The notes: a model not told the origin generated them from the letters alone. A stretch of DNA of 64,000 nucleotides from a bacterium (GCA_035387885.1 DAOOOW010000001.1:43392-107391), one strand, 5' to 3'. Shown: positions 10,511 to 19,097, numbered from the stretch's first letter. Translations and numbers: made by a program.

Positions 10511-11923
10511 ATGAAATCCAAACTTCTCATTTTATTTTTTCTTTTAACCATTACTTTAAGCACTGGTTTTGGTTGCAAGGGTGGTGACAAGGTCGCTCAA
10601 AAAGCTATTCTTGACCCAGTGGAAATAAATTTCTGGGGAGTTTTTGATTCTTCAGATAATTTTGAAACAATAATTGCTGCTTATCAATTAACGCATCCCA
10701 ATGTAACTATCAAATACAAAAAGATGCGTTATGAAGATTATGAACAACAAATGTTAGAAAGTTGGGCCAATGGCACTGGTCCAGATATTTTTGCTATTAA
10801 TAATACCTGGGTTGGAAAATATCAAAACAAAATTCTGCCTTTGCCAGCAACTGTAAAAATTCCAGTCATCGAAACAACCTCTGGATTTTTGAAAAAAGAA
10901 ACTAAGGCTGTGATCAAAGAATACAATACTTTAAACATCAATCAATTAAAAAATATTTTTCCAGATGTTGTCTATAAAGATGTCACTCGTCAAGAACAGA
11001 TCTATGCTCTGCCTTTATCCATTGATACTTTGGCGCTTTATTATAATAAAGATCTTTTTAATGCCGCCGGTATTGTGCAAGCCCCAACCACTTGGCAAGA
11101 ATTTTCCGAAGATGTAACTAAATTAATTAGACTTAATGCCAAAGGCGAATTTGAGCGCTCGGCAGCTGCCATTGGTGGAGCAAATAATATCAATCGTTCT
11201 AATGATATTTTAAGTTTACTCATGATGCAAAATGGCGCCACTATGGTTGATGGTAAAGACAAAATTGCTTTTGCTAAAAATCTAAATTCTGATAGTGATG
11301 TCAGACCAGGCGAACAAGCTTTGCAATTTTATGCCAGTTTTGCTCAACCATCCAAAGATGTTTATACTTGGAATAATACTTTACCAGAATCATTAGATAT
11401 GTTTTCATCTGGTAAATTGGCCATGTTTTTTGGCTATAATTATCAATTGCCTTTAATTAAAGCTCAAGCGCCAAGAATTAATTTTGCCCTAGCCAATATG
11501 CCTCATCTAAAAAATGACACTACTGATGCTTTTGGTTTGCCCATAAATTTTGCCAATTATTGGCTCTACACTGTTTTTAAAAAATCTGCTCATACTGATG
11601 AAGCTTGGGATTTTCTAGTTTTTTTAACCACTAAACAATACCAAGATGCCAATGGTAAACCTAGATACTATGCTGAAGACTATTTAGATACGGCAGCCAA
11701 TCCACCAGCCTTAAAAAGTTTAATCCAAAATTATCAAAATAAATATCCAGAATTAGCACCTTTTGCCAGTCAAATTTTAACTGCCGATTCTTGGTATCGG
11801 GGTAAAAATCCAGATGAAGCTAATAAAATTTTAAAACAATTAATTAATACGGCCGTGCTTGGCAATGAAGAACTTTATCGCGCAATTTCTGCTGCTGCTT
11901 CGGCTATTCAGCAATCATATTAA
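10511..11923 (+). CDS. Extracellular solute-binding protein (ABC transporter, family 1 SBP), lipoprotein
   Basis: Signal peptide plus lipobox-like TGFGC. Length and motifs (GPDIF..NN.W) fit sugar-type SBPs. Confidence 0.75.
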   Translation: MKSKLLILFFLLTITLSTGFGCKGGDKVAQKAILDPVEINFWGVFDSSDNFETIIAAYQLTHPNVTIKYKKMRYEDYEQQMLESWANGTGPDIFAINNTWVGKYQNKILPLPATVKIPVIETTSGFLKKETKAVIKEYNTLNINQLKNIFPDVVYKDVTRQEQIYALPLSIDTLALYYNKDLFNAAGIVQAPTTWQEFSEDVTKLIRLNAKGEFERSAAAIGGANNINRSNDILSLLMMQNGATMVDGKDKIAFAKNLNSDSDVRPGEQALQFYASFAQPSKDVYTWNNTLPESLDMFSSGKLAMFFGYNYQLPLIKAQAPRINFALANMPHLKNDTTDAFGLPINFANYWLYTVFKKSAHTDEAWDFLVFLTTKQYQDANGKPRYYAEDYLDTAANPPALKSLIQNYQNKYPELAPFASQILTADSWYRGKNPDEANKILKQLINTAVLGNEELYRAISAAASAIQQSY

Positions 11924-11940
11924 TAATTCTAAAAAATATT

Positions 11941-12507
11941 ATGAAGAAAAAATATCTGCTCCTATTTTTTTCTTGTTTAATAATTCTAAATGGTATTTTG
12001 TTAAATTTTCCAATTGCTAAAGCCTCTTGTCTTTGCATTTGTCAAGATACAGCCAGAAACAGTACTTGTTTTTTTGACCAAAAAGATTCGGCGAGTATTT
12101 GTAAGGACACTTGCACAAACAACAACCTTGAATACCTAGATTGTGATAGTAGCAGACCAGATGAATCAGGATTTTATTGTACTACCCCAGGAACTCCAGA
12201 ACCAGCAGACGCCGCTAACGGTTCCAGCGGCAGCTCTGAGACAGCCAGTTTTGACAATCCAGTACCGATTTTTAATAAAAAATCTTTAGCTGATGTTGTT
12301 GGCTTAATTATTAAAGGCCTACTGGGTTTAATGGGAATAGCAGCTTTAGTTATTTTTATTTATGCCGGATTTTTGTGGATGTTTGCCAAAGGCAACAGCG
12401 CCCAAATTAAAAAATCAATTGATGTCATGAAATATTGTGTTTTGGGCATAGCTGTCATCTATTTATCTTATGCTATGTTAAAATTTGTTTTTGGGATTAT
12501 TAAATAA
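11941..12507 (+). CDS. Pilin-like secreted two-TM protein (VirB2/TrbC-like architecture) with a Cys-rich N-terminal variable region
   Basis: Signal peptide. C-terminal core GLIIKGLLGLMGIAALVIFIYAGFLWMFAKGNSAQIKKSIDVMKYCVLGIAVIYLSYA. Paralogous to 12761, 13126, 13789 and 32681. Confidence 0.55.
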   Translation: MKKKYLLLFFSCLIILNGILLNFPIAKASCLCICQDTARNSTCFFDQKDSASICKDTCTNNNLEYLDCDSSRPDESGFYCTTPGTPEPADAANGSSGSSETASFDNPVPIFNKKSLADVVGLIIKGLLGLMGIAALVIFIYAGFLWMFAKGNSAQIKKSIDVMKYCVLGIAVIYLSYAMLKFVFGIIK

Positions 12508-12760
12508 TTTTTTTTAGTTTATCCCTTTTTAGTTTATCCCGAGCGAATTTACCTTCAGGCAAATGCGCTGAGGGATCTCATTTCTATTCTTGTGTTTTTA
12601 TGTTTTAATGTTTTCATGTTATAATAATTGTGGATAATTATTAGCACCATTCGCAATTTAAAATATTCGTATTAATTCGCAATTTCAATTCGCACAATTC
12701 GCATTAAATAAAAAAGGTCGACTATATAAATTTTTTATTAATTATTTTCTATAAAAAACT

Positions 12761-13126
12761 ATGAACAAAAAAACCTTACAAAAGATTTTCTTTTCCTTGG
12801 CTTTAATTGTTTTAATTGCCCCTATCATGGTGGCTGCCGACGATTTTGGCATAGACAAATTAGATCCTCTTCATTTACCTAATCAAACAGCAGATCCAGA
12901 ATCAATCATCGGCAATGTGATTAACCTAATTCTAGGTTTTTTAGCTTTAATTGCTGTAATTATTATTTTAATAGCTGGTTTTGAATGGATGACTGCTGGT
13001 GGCAATGATAAAAGAGTAGAAACTGCTCAAAAAAGATTAAAATATGGTTTAATTGGTTTAATCATTATTTTCTTAGCCTACGGCATTGTTACCTTTGTTT
13101 TATCAACTCTTACCGATATTGTCTAA
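12761..13126 (+). CDS. Pilin-like secreted two-TM protein (VirB2/TrbC-like), minimal paralog
   Basis: Signal peptide, then LIAGFEWMTAGGNDKRVETAQKRLKYGLIGLIIIFLAYGIV core. Confidence 0.55.
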   Translation: MNKKTLQKIFFSLALIVLIAPIMVAADDFGIDKLDPLHLPNQTADPESIIGNVINLILGFLALIAVIIILIAGFEWMTAGGNDKRVETAQKRLKYGLIGLIIIFLAYGIVTFVLSTLTDIV

Positions 13127-13782
13127 TGAAACATTTAAATTTTAAAAATTTATTCAGCCTTAAAAGGCATCTAAATTTAATGGTTATTGCAATAACTATT
13201 GTTTTTTTATTTTCGTTTGTCTCCCCCGCATTTTGCGGGGGAGCGCAAGCAGCAGACACCGGACTGAAAGAAACAGCCGAAAAGGCTGGTTTACCAATTA
13301 CTGGCGATTTAACTGCTATTATTGGACAAATAATTTACACTATTCTGGGTTTCTTGGGTGTAGCTTTTGTAATTTTAGTTTTATATGGTGGGGCTAAACG
13401 CATGTTTGCCAAAGGAGATAGTAAACAAATCACAGATTCCAATGGCATTATCACTTCTGCTGTGGTGGGTGTGGCTATAATTTTATTATCTTATATTATT
13501 ACTGCTTTTGTTATCAGCCAAGTAAAAAGTAATATTGGAGCTGGAAGTGATACTACTTATCCAGTAAGTGGAGAGCCACGAGGCGCAGAATTACCAAGTT
13601 CTGGGTGTACACAGGACTCTGATTGTTCATGTAGTACAAGATTGCAACTGCCCAAATGTATTATAAGTTCTGGGATGTGTGATGTGTGTCAAAGTGTTCA
13701 ATGTATAGATGCTAGTGATTGTACTGGCGAAAGTCCAATAGGTTGGACTTGTGTAAATCATACATGCACGCAAGGTAACTAG
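13126..13782 (+). CDS. Pilin-like two-TM protein (VirB2/TrbC-like) with a Cys-rich C-terminal domain
   Basis: Core LYGGAKRMFAKGDSKQITDSNGIITSAVVGVAIILLSYII. C-terminal 60 aa with 12 Cys. Carries an in-frame CCCCCGCATTTTGCGGGGG palindrome. Confidence 0.55.
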   Translation: MKHLNFKNLFSLKRHLNLMVIAITIVFLFSFVSPAFCGGAQAADTGLKETAEKAGLPITGDLTAIIGQIIYTILGFLGVAFVILVLYGGAKRMFAKGDSKQITDSNGIITSAVVGVAIILLSYIITAFVISQVKSNIGAGSDTTYPVSGEPRGAELPSSGCTQDSDCSCSTRLQLPKCIISSGMCDVCQSVQCIDASDCTGESPIGWTCVNHTCTQGN

Positions 13783-13788
13783 TTTAAT

Positions 13789-14193
13789 ATGCTTTATTCT
13801 CTTTCTAAAAAACCATTGCTAATTATCTTATTTATTGCTTTGTTTTTTTATTGTTTTATTCCTGTGCCCTCACAGGCTTCTATTTTTGATGCTATCACCA
13901 CTAATTTAGGCATTTTTAATCAAGGCGCTGAATTGCCAACTAGCAATGTTGGCCTTGAAGGCATTGTGATTAATATTATTAATACCGCTCTTTCATTTTT
14001 GGGTTTAATATTTGTTTGTCTGGTGCTCTATGCTGGTTTTCTCTATATGACAGCCGCTGGTGAAACAAAAAAAGTAGAAAAAGCTAATAATATTTTAAGA
14101 GATTCGGTTATTGGTTTAGCTATTATTTTTGCTTCCTACGTTCTGGTCAATTATGTAATTACCGAAGTTATTAAACTTATTAAAACTGCTTAA
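13789..14193 (+). CDS. Pilin-like secreted two-TM protein (VirB2/TrbC-like)
   Basis: Signal peptide, then LYAGFLYMTAAGETKKVEKANNILRDSVIGLAIIFASYVLV core. Confidence 0.55.
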   Translation: MLYSLSKKPLLIILFIALFFYCFIPVPSQASIFDAITTNLGIFNQGAELPTSNVGLEGIVINIINTALSFLGLIFVCLVLYAGFLYMTAAGETKKVEKANNILRDSVIGLAIIFASYVLVNYVITEVIKLIKTA

Positions 14194-14415
14194 AAAAATA
14201 ATTATTTTTCTTAACTCCGACCACCCAGTCGGTTTTTTGTTTACCATAAAGTATATTTTATTAAATTAATTTTGTCTTACTACTATAACCACCCCGCCCG
14301 ACTCCGTCGAGGCACCCCTCCTTGAAAAGGAGGGGATAAATTTTATTCCTCTATTTTAATAGAAAAGAATATTAAAAAATAAAAAACGGCACTCATTGAG
14401 CGCCGTTTGTGTCTG

Positions 14416-14793
14416 TCATCTTCGCGACTTGGGGTTTCGAACTGCCCCAGCCGAGTTTATATCTTCCTCTGCTTGTCTTTGTCTCTGAGGAGTCAGCGAA
14501 CGAGAAGATTTTTTTTCATCTCCAGCAGATCTATGACCGTACTCTTGCTTATAAATTTTAACCTGTTTAGTCTGGCCAACAACCCCCACCGGGGTCTGTT
14601 CTGTAATTATCTCGGCCACAGTCCCGGTGATTGACTCTGCCTCTCCAGATTTAATTTTTTCAGAGACAGCTTCATTCATAGCACTCAGGCTATTGTTGTA
14701 ATTTGCTAGCGACTTGTGAATCGGGCTATAACATCCCGAGGCCACATACGCTACTAACAAAAAAACAACTGTCAAAACAAGTAGTTTTTTCAT
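14416..14793 (-). CDS. Putative lipoprotein (hypothetical)
   Basis: MKKLLVLTVVFLLVAYVASGC lipoprotein signal preceded by GGGAGG RBS. Lies in a region of elevated GC. Confidence 0.5.
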   Translation of the reverse strand: MKKLLVLTVVFLLVAYVASGCYSPIHKSLANYNNSLSAMNEAVSEKIKSGEAESITGTVAEIITEQTPVGVVGQTKQVKIYKQEYGHRSAGDEKKSSRSLTPQRQRQAEEDINSAGAVRNPKSRR

Positions 14794-14809
14794 CTCAACC
14801 TCCCAATAT

Positions 14810-15067
14810 TTAAAACCAACTTTCCACAAAATTCACCACTATTGGCCAGAGAACAGTGTTGGTAATTCCTTTAATCAGAAGAACCAATACTGCCGCCCAG
14901 CAAATGGAATGTAAGGTGGCAAAAAATATGGCCAATGTTTTGCTACCTTCATCTTTGCAATCATCTGCTTTTTCGACAAACCACAAACCGGCCAGAAAAA
15001 ACAATACAGCTACCAAAAAATGCGTAGCAAAACCTTGCGTCCAGTTTTGTTTAATAAGTTCCCACAT
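14810..15067 (-). CDS. Small integral membrane protein (hypothetical)
   Basis: Two or three predicted TM helices. Start uncertain. Same operon as 14416 and 15079. Confidence 0.4.
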   Translation of the reverse strand: MWELIKQNWTQGFATHFLVAVLFFLAGLWFVEKADDCKDEGSKTLAIFFATLHSICWAAVLVLLIKGITNTVLWPIVVNFVESWF

Positions 15068-15078
15068 AGTACCTCCTG

Positions 15079-15357
15079 TTATCTGGCTGGAGCGTTGAGC
15101 ATAATCCACCAGCTATACCAATCAATATCAAAATAATTAAAAAGAGTTAAAAACATAAACACAATGCCAGCAAAGGCAATAACACCTTCAATTACATCAA
15201 TTAAAAAAACAACTTTTTTTCCTATCTTCTTTTTCTTTTCAAAAAAAATACTAAGGCGATCTATGGAAAAATACAGAGCGGCACACAGACCAAGTGCAAC
15301 CAAGGTTGCCAATTGATCACGTATAAGATGCAACAGTGAACTTTCCGGAATCGGCAT
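15079..15357 (-). CDS. Small integral membrane protein (hypothetical)
   Basis: Two TM helices. First gene of the minus-strand operon. Confidence 0.45.
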   Translation of the reverse strand: MPIPESSLLHLIRDQLATLVALGLCAALYFSIDRLSIFFEKKKKIGKKVVFLIDVIEGVIAFAGIVFMFLTLFNYFDIDWYSWWIMLNAPAR

Positions 15358-15431
15358 AACAACCTCCTGCTATTAAATGACCTGATTTGAAATTACTATT
15401 TAATAAATCAGCATACTTTATTTGTATATTT

Positions 15432-15447
15432 TTGTCAACCTTGACAA
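15432..15447. promoter_or_regulatory. Perfect palindrome TTGTCAACCTTGACAA in the divergent promoter region. A second TTGACA..TATATT lies at about 15494-15515
   Basis: Read directly from the sequence. Sits between the divergent operons 15357(-) and 15539/15889(+). Confidence 0.4.
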
Positions 15448-15888
15448 AATTTTCAATCTATGCTAAGCTTGTATATTCTAATAAAAACAGCTCGTTGACA
15501 AATATTAATATATTAAGGAAGGAAAAAGGTGATTACTTGTGGCAAAAACCATAGCCACTTTTGTATATCAAACAAGTATCCCTACTAAGGATGAAAGGGG
15601 CCCATTCGTGGCTGTTCATTCTAAAATGATAACGGGGGTTCTTGTTAAGAAAACAGCGGGATGTATATGGATAAAACCGGCTGTTTTAAATGAGCGCGGA
15701 TCTGTTGTTTCTATTAATAGATCAATTGCGCAATTTTCAATCTCAAAAATATCTGGCCCGATAAACTTCAAGCAATCAAGCTAACGAGCCAGTATTTTAT
15801 ATTAATAAACAGACCGCGAAAAATTAATAGCTTTTCGTTGGTCATAGTGTTGTTTAATTTCTTAACTCCCATGGTGGAGGAGGAAAAA

Positions 15889-16812
15889 ATGAAAAAGAGC
15901 GAAACTTTTATTCCGGGCGCCAACCAAATCAGTATTGGGTATGTAGCACTGTTCCCCGGAAAACTGACCCAGCTGAGAGACGACATCCCATGGGTAAAAA
16001 CCCGTGTGCTCAACGGCAATTTGCCGGGGACGGAAAAGGACTCGGGGATAACCGTGGTGCCGTGTCATTTGGATCACGGCAAAATCACCTTACCCGAGGA
16101 CATTGCCAACCACGCGTGTATCCAAAGATGGGAACGCGATGGTGTGACCCATCAAGAGGGCGGTCCGCTTCAACCGGTTTATGCCCTCAAGTCTGTTGAA
16201 AGACGCGGAAAGGATGAAAATGGCAATGGATTCGTCATCCTGCCGTGTCTTACAGATGGCAGTGCCCCCTATGGGTCATTTGTACCCGCCCAAGACGGCC
16301 AAAAAGATTACATCGTCGCCTATGTCAACAACATTGTGGACGGCATAACGGTTATGCTGATGGTGGAAGCCATTGAAAACGGAGTCTATCACGCCCACAT
16401 CTCGGTCGCGAATTTTACAGTCAATAGTATGACCGGGGAAGTTTTGCGTGAGAACGCCATCAACAGAGCGTTTGTGGTCGAAGGACGTCCGGATACTCTG
16501 CCGAATTTTTCTTCAAGAGTCGGCGAAAAGTATCTCGAAGCCTTTAAGGCGGCTATGGCCATTTTCAAAAGTATGGCGAAAGGCGAACGCCAGTGCGCCA
16601 TGTGGGTCAAGGACATTACCCGTCCGATCACTGCCCCCGTCCCCGATGCACCGTCTCCGGTTGAAGAACCGGCATCGGCGCCCGCTCCGGAAGCGAAAAG
16701 CAAAGGTGGCAAAGGCAAAAAGGCTGCCAAACAGCCCACGGCCGATGTCACGACCAATGGTGGCAACGGCCACACCGACACTGTGCCAGCCCCCAACGAA
16801 GTTGTTGCCTAG
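15889..16812 (+). CDS. Hypothetical protein, strongly GC-rich (about 50% GC against about 30% background), Pro/Ala/Lys-rich C-terminal tail
   Basis: GGAGGAGG RBS before ATG 15889. No family recognised. Confidence 0.6.
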   Translation: MKKSETFIPGANQISIGYVALFPGKLTQLRDDIPWVKTRVLNGNLPGTEKDSGITVVPCHLDHGKITLPEDIANHACIQRWERDGVTHQEGGPLQPVYALKSVERRGKDENGNGFVILPCLTDGSAPYGSFVPAQDGQKDYIVAYVNNIVDGITVMLMVEAIENGVYHAHISVANFTVNSMTGEVLRENAINRAFVVEGRPDTLPNFSSRVGEKYLEAFKAAMAIFKSMAKGERQCAMWVKDITRPITAPVPDAPSPVEEPASAPAPEAKSKGGKGKKAAKQPTADVTTNGGNGHTDTVPAPNEVVA

Positions 16813-16831
16813 TCCATCAGGACAAGGCAGA

Positions 16832-16863
16832 AGCTCGTCTCTTAGGAGACGGGCTTTTTTATT
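16832..16863 (+). terminator. Rho-independent terminator
   Basis: AGCTCGTCTCTTAGGAGACGGGCT followed by TTTTTTATTTT. Confidence 0.6.
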
Positions 16864-16963
16864 TTTATTTTTTTAAAACTTTTATTTAATCCACAACTTG
16901 ACCGTTCATAATAATTCTGATAGCCTATTAAAATAAAATATAAAATATTTGGAGGAAAAAATA

Positions 16964-17458
16964 ATGCCCAAGCATACCGTAGCGTCTCTTAAAGAAATAC
17001 CTTATGAATTCCATCCTGATTTAGAAAAAATAATAATTGCCTCGCAAACAAACAGAGGCGAAGAAAGTGTGCAAAAAGTACTCATTTCTTTGGCGAGTCT
17101 TAAGGGTGTGGTAACCGTCATTCCCACCACCACTTATTCTAAAAGAGATCGCTATGGTATTGATATGCAAATTACAATTACTACACACACAAAACAAGAA
17201 AACCGGTTTGGCAAAATCGTTGCTAAAAAAGTGATCCTGACATTCCCTTTGCAAATCAAAAGTTCTGTGATAACAGCCCAAAATTTTATTACTAAATACC
17301 CAGAAAGAGAAATTCCTGTTCTGGTACATTTGCCAGGTGCAACCACAAAAGAAATTATTAATGCCTTTGGCAGATTATTAGACAAATATAAATCACCAAC
17401 GCAAAGGAAAAACGGCATCATTGAGATAGCCGGAGAATATTCAAAAGACTCACCATAA
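16964..17458 (+). CDS. Hypothetical protein
   Basis: GGAGGAAAAAATAATG RBS. No domain recognised. Confidence 0.5.
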   Translation: MPKHTVASLKEIPYEFHPDLEKIIIASQTNRGEESVQKVLISLASLKGVVTVIPTTTYSKRDRYGIDMQITITTHTKQENRFGKIVAKKVILTFPLQIKSSVITAQNFITKYPEREIPVLVHLPGATTKEIINAFGRLLDKYKSPTQRKNGIIEIAGEYSKDSP

Positions 17459-17540
17459 AGCCGAGATTAATTTAATTTTGGCTTTTCTTTTTTCTAAAAA
17501 TAAAGTACAATAAAAACAGTTATTGAAAATAAAAAAACAT

Positions 17541-17626
17541 GGAAGGGTCGCATAGTTGGTCTAGTGCGCACGCTTGGAAAGCGTGTGTGGGGCAACTCAC
17601 CGCGAGTTCGAATCTCGCCCCTTCCG
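17541..17626 (+). tRNA. tRNA-Ser (anticodon GGA)
   Basis: Anticodon stem-loop CACGC-TTGGAAA-GCGTG, long variable arm, T-loop TTCGAAT, discriminator G. Confidence 0.85.
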
Positions 17627-17765
17627 AATAGATGTCCTCAAGCAGACAAATGAACTGCTTCATTTGTCGGTGCGATTCGAACAGTTTTTCCTTATCCCGA
17701 AAACTCGGGATGGAAAAACATTGAGAATCCCTGCCTACCGGCAGACAGGTCGCCCCTTCCGAATT
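17627..17765 (+). repeat. tRNA-adjacent hairpin-rich element ending in a duplicate of the tRNA-Ser 3' end (GTCGCCCCTTCCGAAT)
   Basis: Direct repeat of the tRNA 3' terminus at 17611-17628 and 17749-17765. Internal hairpins, including ATCCCGAAAACTCGGGAT and CCTGCCTACCGGCAGACAGG. Confidence 0.5.
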
Positions 17766-17794
17766 CTATATTTTAAAAACTAAAACCCAAATAT

Positions 17795-18271
17795 ATGACC
17801 CCTGAACACAATCTTTTGTCTTGGAATTTTCTAGAATATCCCAATCACCAAAGACAAAAATCTTGGTACATTTTTGCTACCTTAATTTTTTTAGCTTTTT
17901 TAGCTTATGCGATTTTAACTGCCAATTTTCTGTTTGGTTTAATTATCATTATGGTAGCCATTATTATATTTATTAATCATAACAAAGAACCAAGAGAATT
18001 AACTTTTAGTATTGTACGCAATGGCATTTTAATAGAAAATAATCTTTATCGTTTTAAAGAGATTAAAAAATTTTGGTTGCTTTACGAACCACCACAAATA
18101 AAAAATATTTATTTTGAATTACAATCTGGTCTCATGCCAATTTTAACCATTCCCTTGGCTGAGCAAAATCCACTAACAGTTAGAAAAATTTTAAAAGACC
18201 ATTTGCAAGAAGATTTAACTAAAGAAAATGAATCAACTGCTGATGCTTTGGCTAGATATTTAAAACTTTGA
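17795..18271 (+). CDS. Hypothetical membrane protein (two TM helices)
   Basis: ORF with good coding texture. No domain recognised. Confidence 0.5.
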   Translation: MTPEHNLLSWNFLEYPNHQRQKSWYIFATLIFLAFLAYAILTANFLFGLIIIMVAIIIFINHNKEPRELTFSIVRNGILIENNLYRFKEIKKFWLLYEPPQIKNIYFELQSGLMPILTIPLAEQNPLTVRKILKDHLQEDLTKENESTADALARYLKL

Positions 18272-18319
18272 TTTTTTAAATAATCTATTTCGGAATTATT
18301 ATTTTGTATTATTATCTTT

Positions 18320-18391
18320 GCCCTTGTCGTTCAATGGATAGGACATGAGCTTGCGGAGCTCACAATGTAGGTCCGATTCCTACCGAGGGCA
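18320..18391 (+). tRNA. tRNA-Arg (anticodon read as GCG, with an unusual TCCGATT T-loop)
   Basis: Hand-folded cloverleaf: acceptor GCCCTTG/CGAGGGC, anticodon arm TGAGC-TTGCGGA-GCTCA. C at position 55 is atypical. Confidence 0.55.
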
Positions 18392-18552
18392 AAGATGATC
18401 ATAAAAAAATCTGCCAGTAAAAGTAAAGGTATTTTGTAGGTCCGTGGGTTTCGCGGTGTCCCTAAAGGGACACATCACTCAACCCGTTGTGGCTATAAAA
18501 ACTAAAGCAGTTTAGTTTTTATTTAACGCCACAACTCCTACCGAGGGCAAAG
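18392..18552 (+). repeat. tRNA-adjacent repeat element with a GCAG-loop hairpin, ending in a duplicate of the tRNA-Arg 3' end (CTCCTACCGAGGGCAAAG)
   Basis: Repeat of GTAGGTCCG and of the tRNA 3' end. Hairpin ATAAAAACTAAA-GCAG-TTTAGTTTTTAT is homologous to copies at 52565 and 26290. Confidence 0.5.
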
Positions 18553-18659
18553 ATAATTATAAAAAATAATAAAAATAATGATAAAAAGATAAAATTGACA
18601 AAAAATATTTTCTGAAGTATAATGGCTTTAGAGACAAAAATCAACCTTTTTACCTTTAA

Positions 18660-19007
18660 GTGGTTGATTTTTTTCTACTCAAATTAAAGGTCGTTCATGT
18701 TCTTTTACAAACTAAGTGGCAAAAAAGCAGCCTAAATGAGAAATATATGATATTATTTTTTATTGGCATTTTAGAAATGCTTATTGTCACTGCCTGGACA
18801 AAGGTAGTAACAAAAAACCAAATTATTGCCAGTGGAACTATCACCATCATTAATATCCTTATTTGGTATTATGTTTTAGAAACGGTTGTCAATGATATTA
18901 ATAATTGGCAATTAATTTTACTTTATGCTTTTGGTTGTGCCTTGGGCACAATTCTGAGTACTCTTTATTTTAAAAATAAAGAAACTAACCATGAATCAAA
19001 AGCCTAA
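18660..19007 (+). CDS. Small hypothetical membrane protein
   Basis: Three hydrophobic helices. The start may be the internal Met (MILFFIG). Confidence 0.4.
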   Translation: MVDFFLLKLKVVHVLLQTKWQKSSLNEKYMILFFIGILEMLIVTAWTKVVTKNQIIASGTITIINILIWYYVLETVVNDINNWQLILLYAFGCALGTILSTLYFKNKETNHESKA

Positions 19008-19053
19008 AAATGCTTTATGAGCAATCAAGCAGATGAGGCTGAACCTCAACCTT

Positions 19054-19097
19054 AAAACACCTCGATAAGATTGATTTTATCGAGGTGTTTTATTTTT
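19054..19097 (+). terminator. Rho-independent terminator
   Basis: AAAACACCTCGATAAGATTGATTTTATCGAGGTGTTTT followed by ATTTTTG. Confidence 0.6.

Noticed and set aside
16389-16876. ORFs 16389-16796 (minus), 16448-16876 (plus), 16513-16773 (minus), 15862-16077 (minus) and 15990-16199 (plus)
   Set aside because: They are alternative-frame or antisense ORFs within the GC-rich 15889-16812 gene. High GC inflates spurious ORF length.
14400-17800. An integrated prophage or integrative element at tRNA-Ser explaining the GC-rich block
   Set aside because: No integrase, recombinase, or phage structural or replication genes are present. The duplicated tRNA 3' end lies only about 137 bp downstream of the tRNA, and the GC-rich genes lie on the 5' side of it. 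The block is therefore described only as compositionally atypical.
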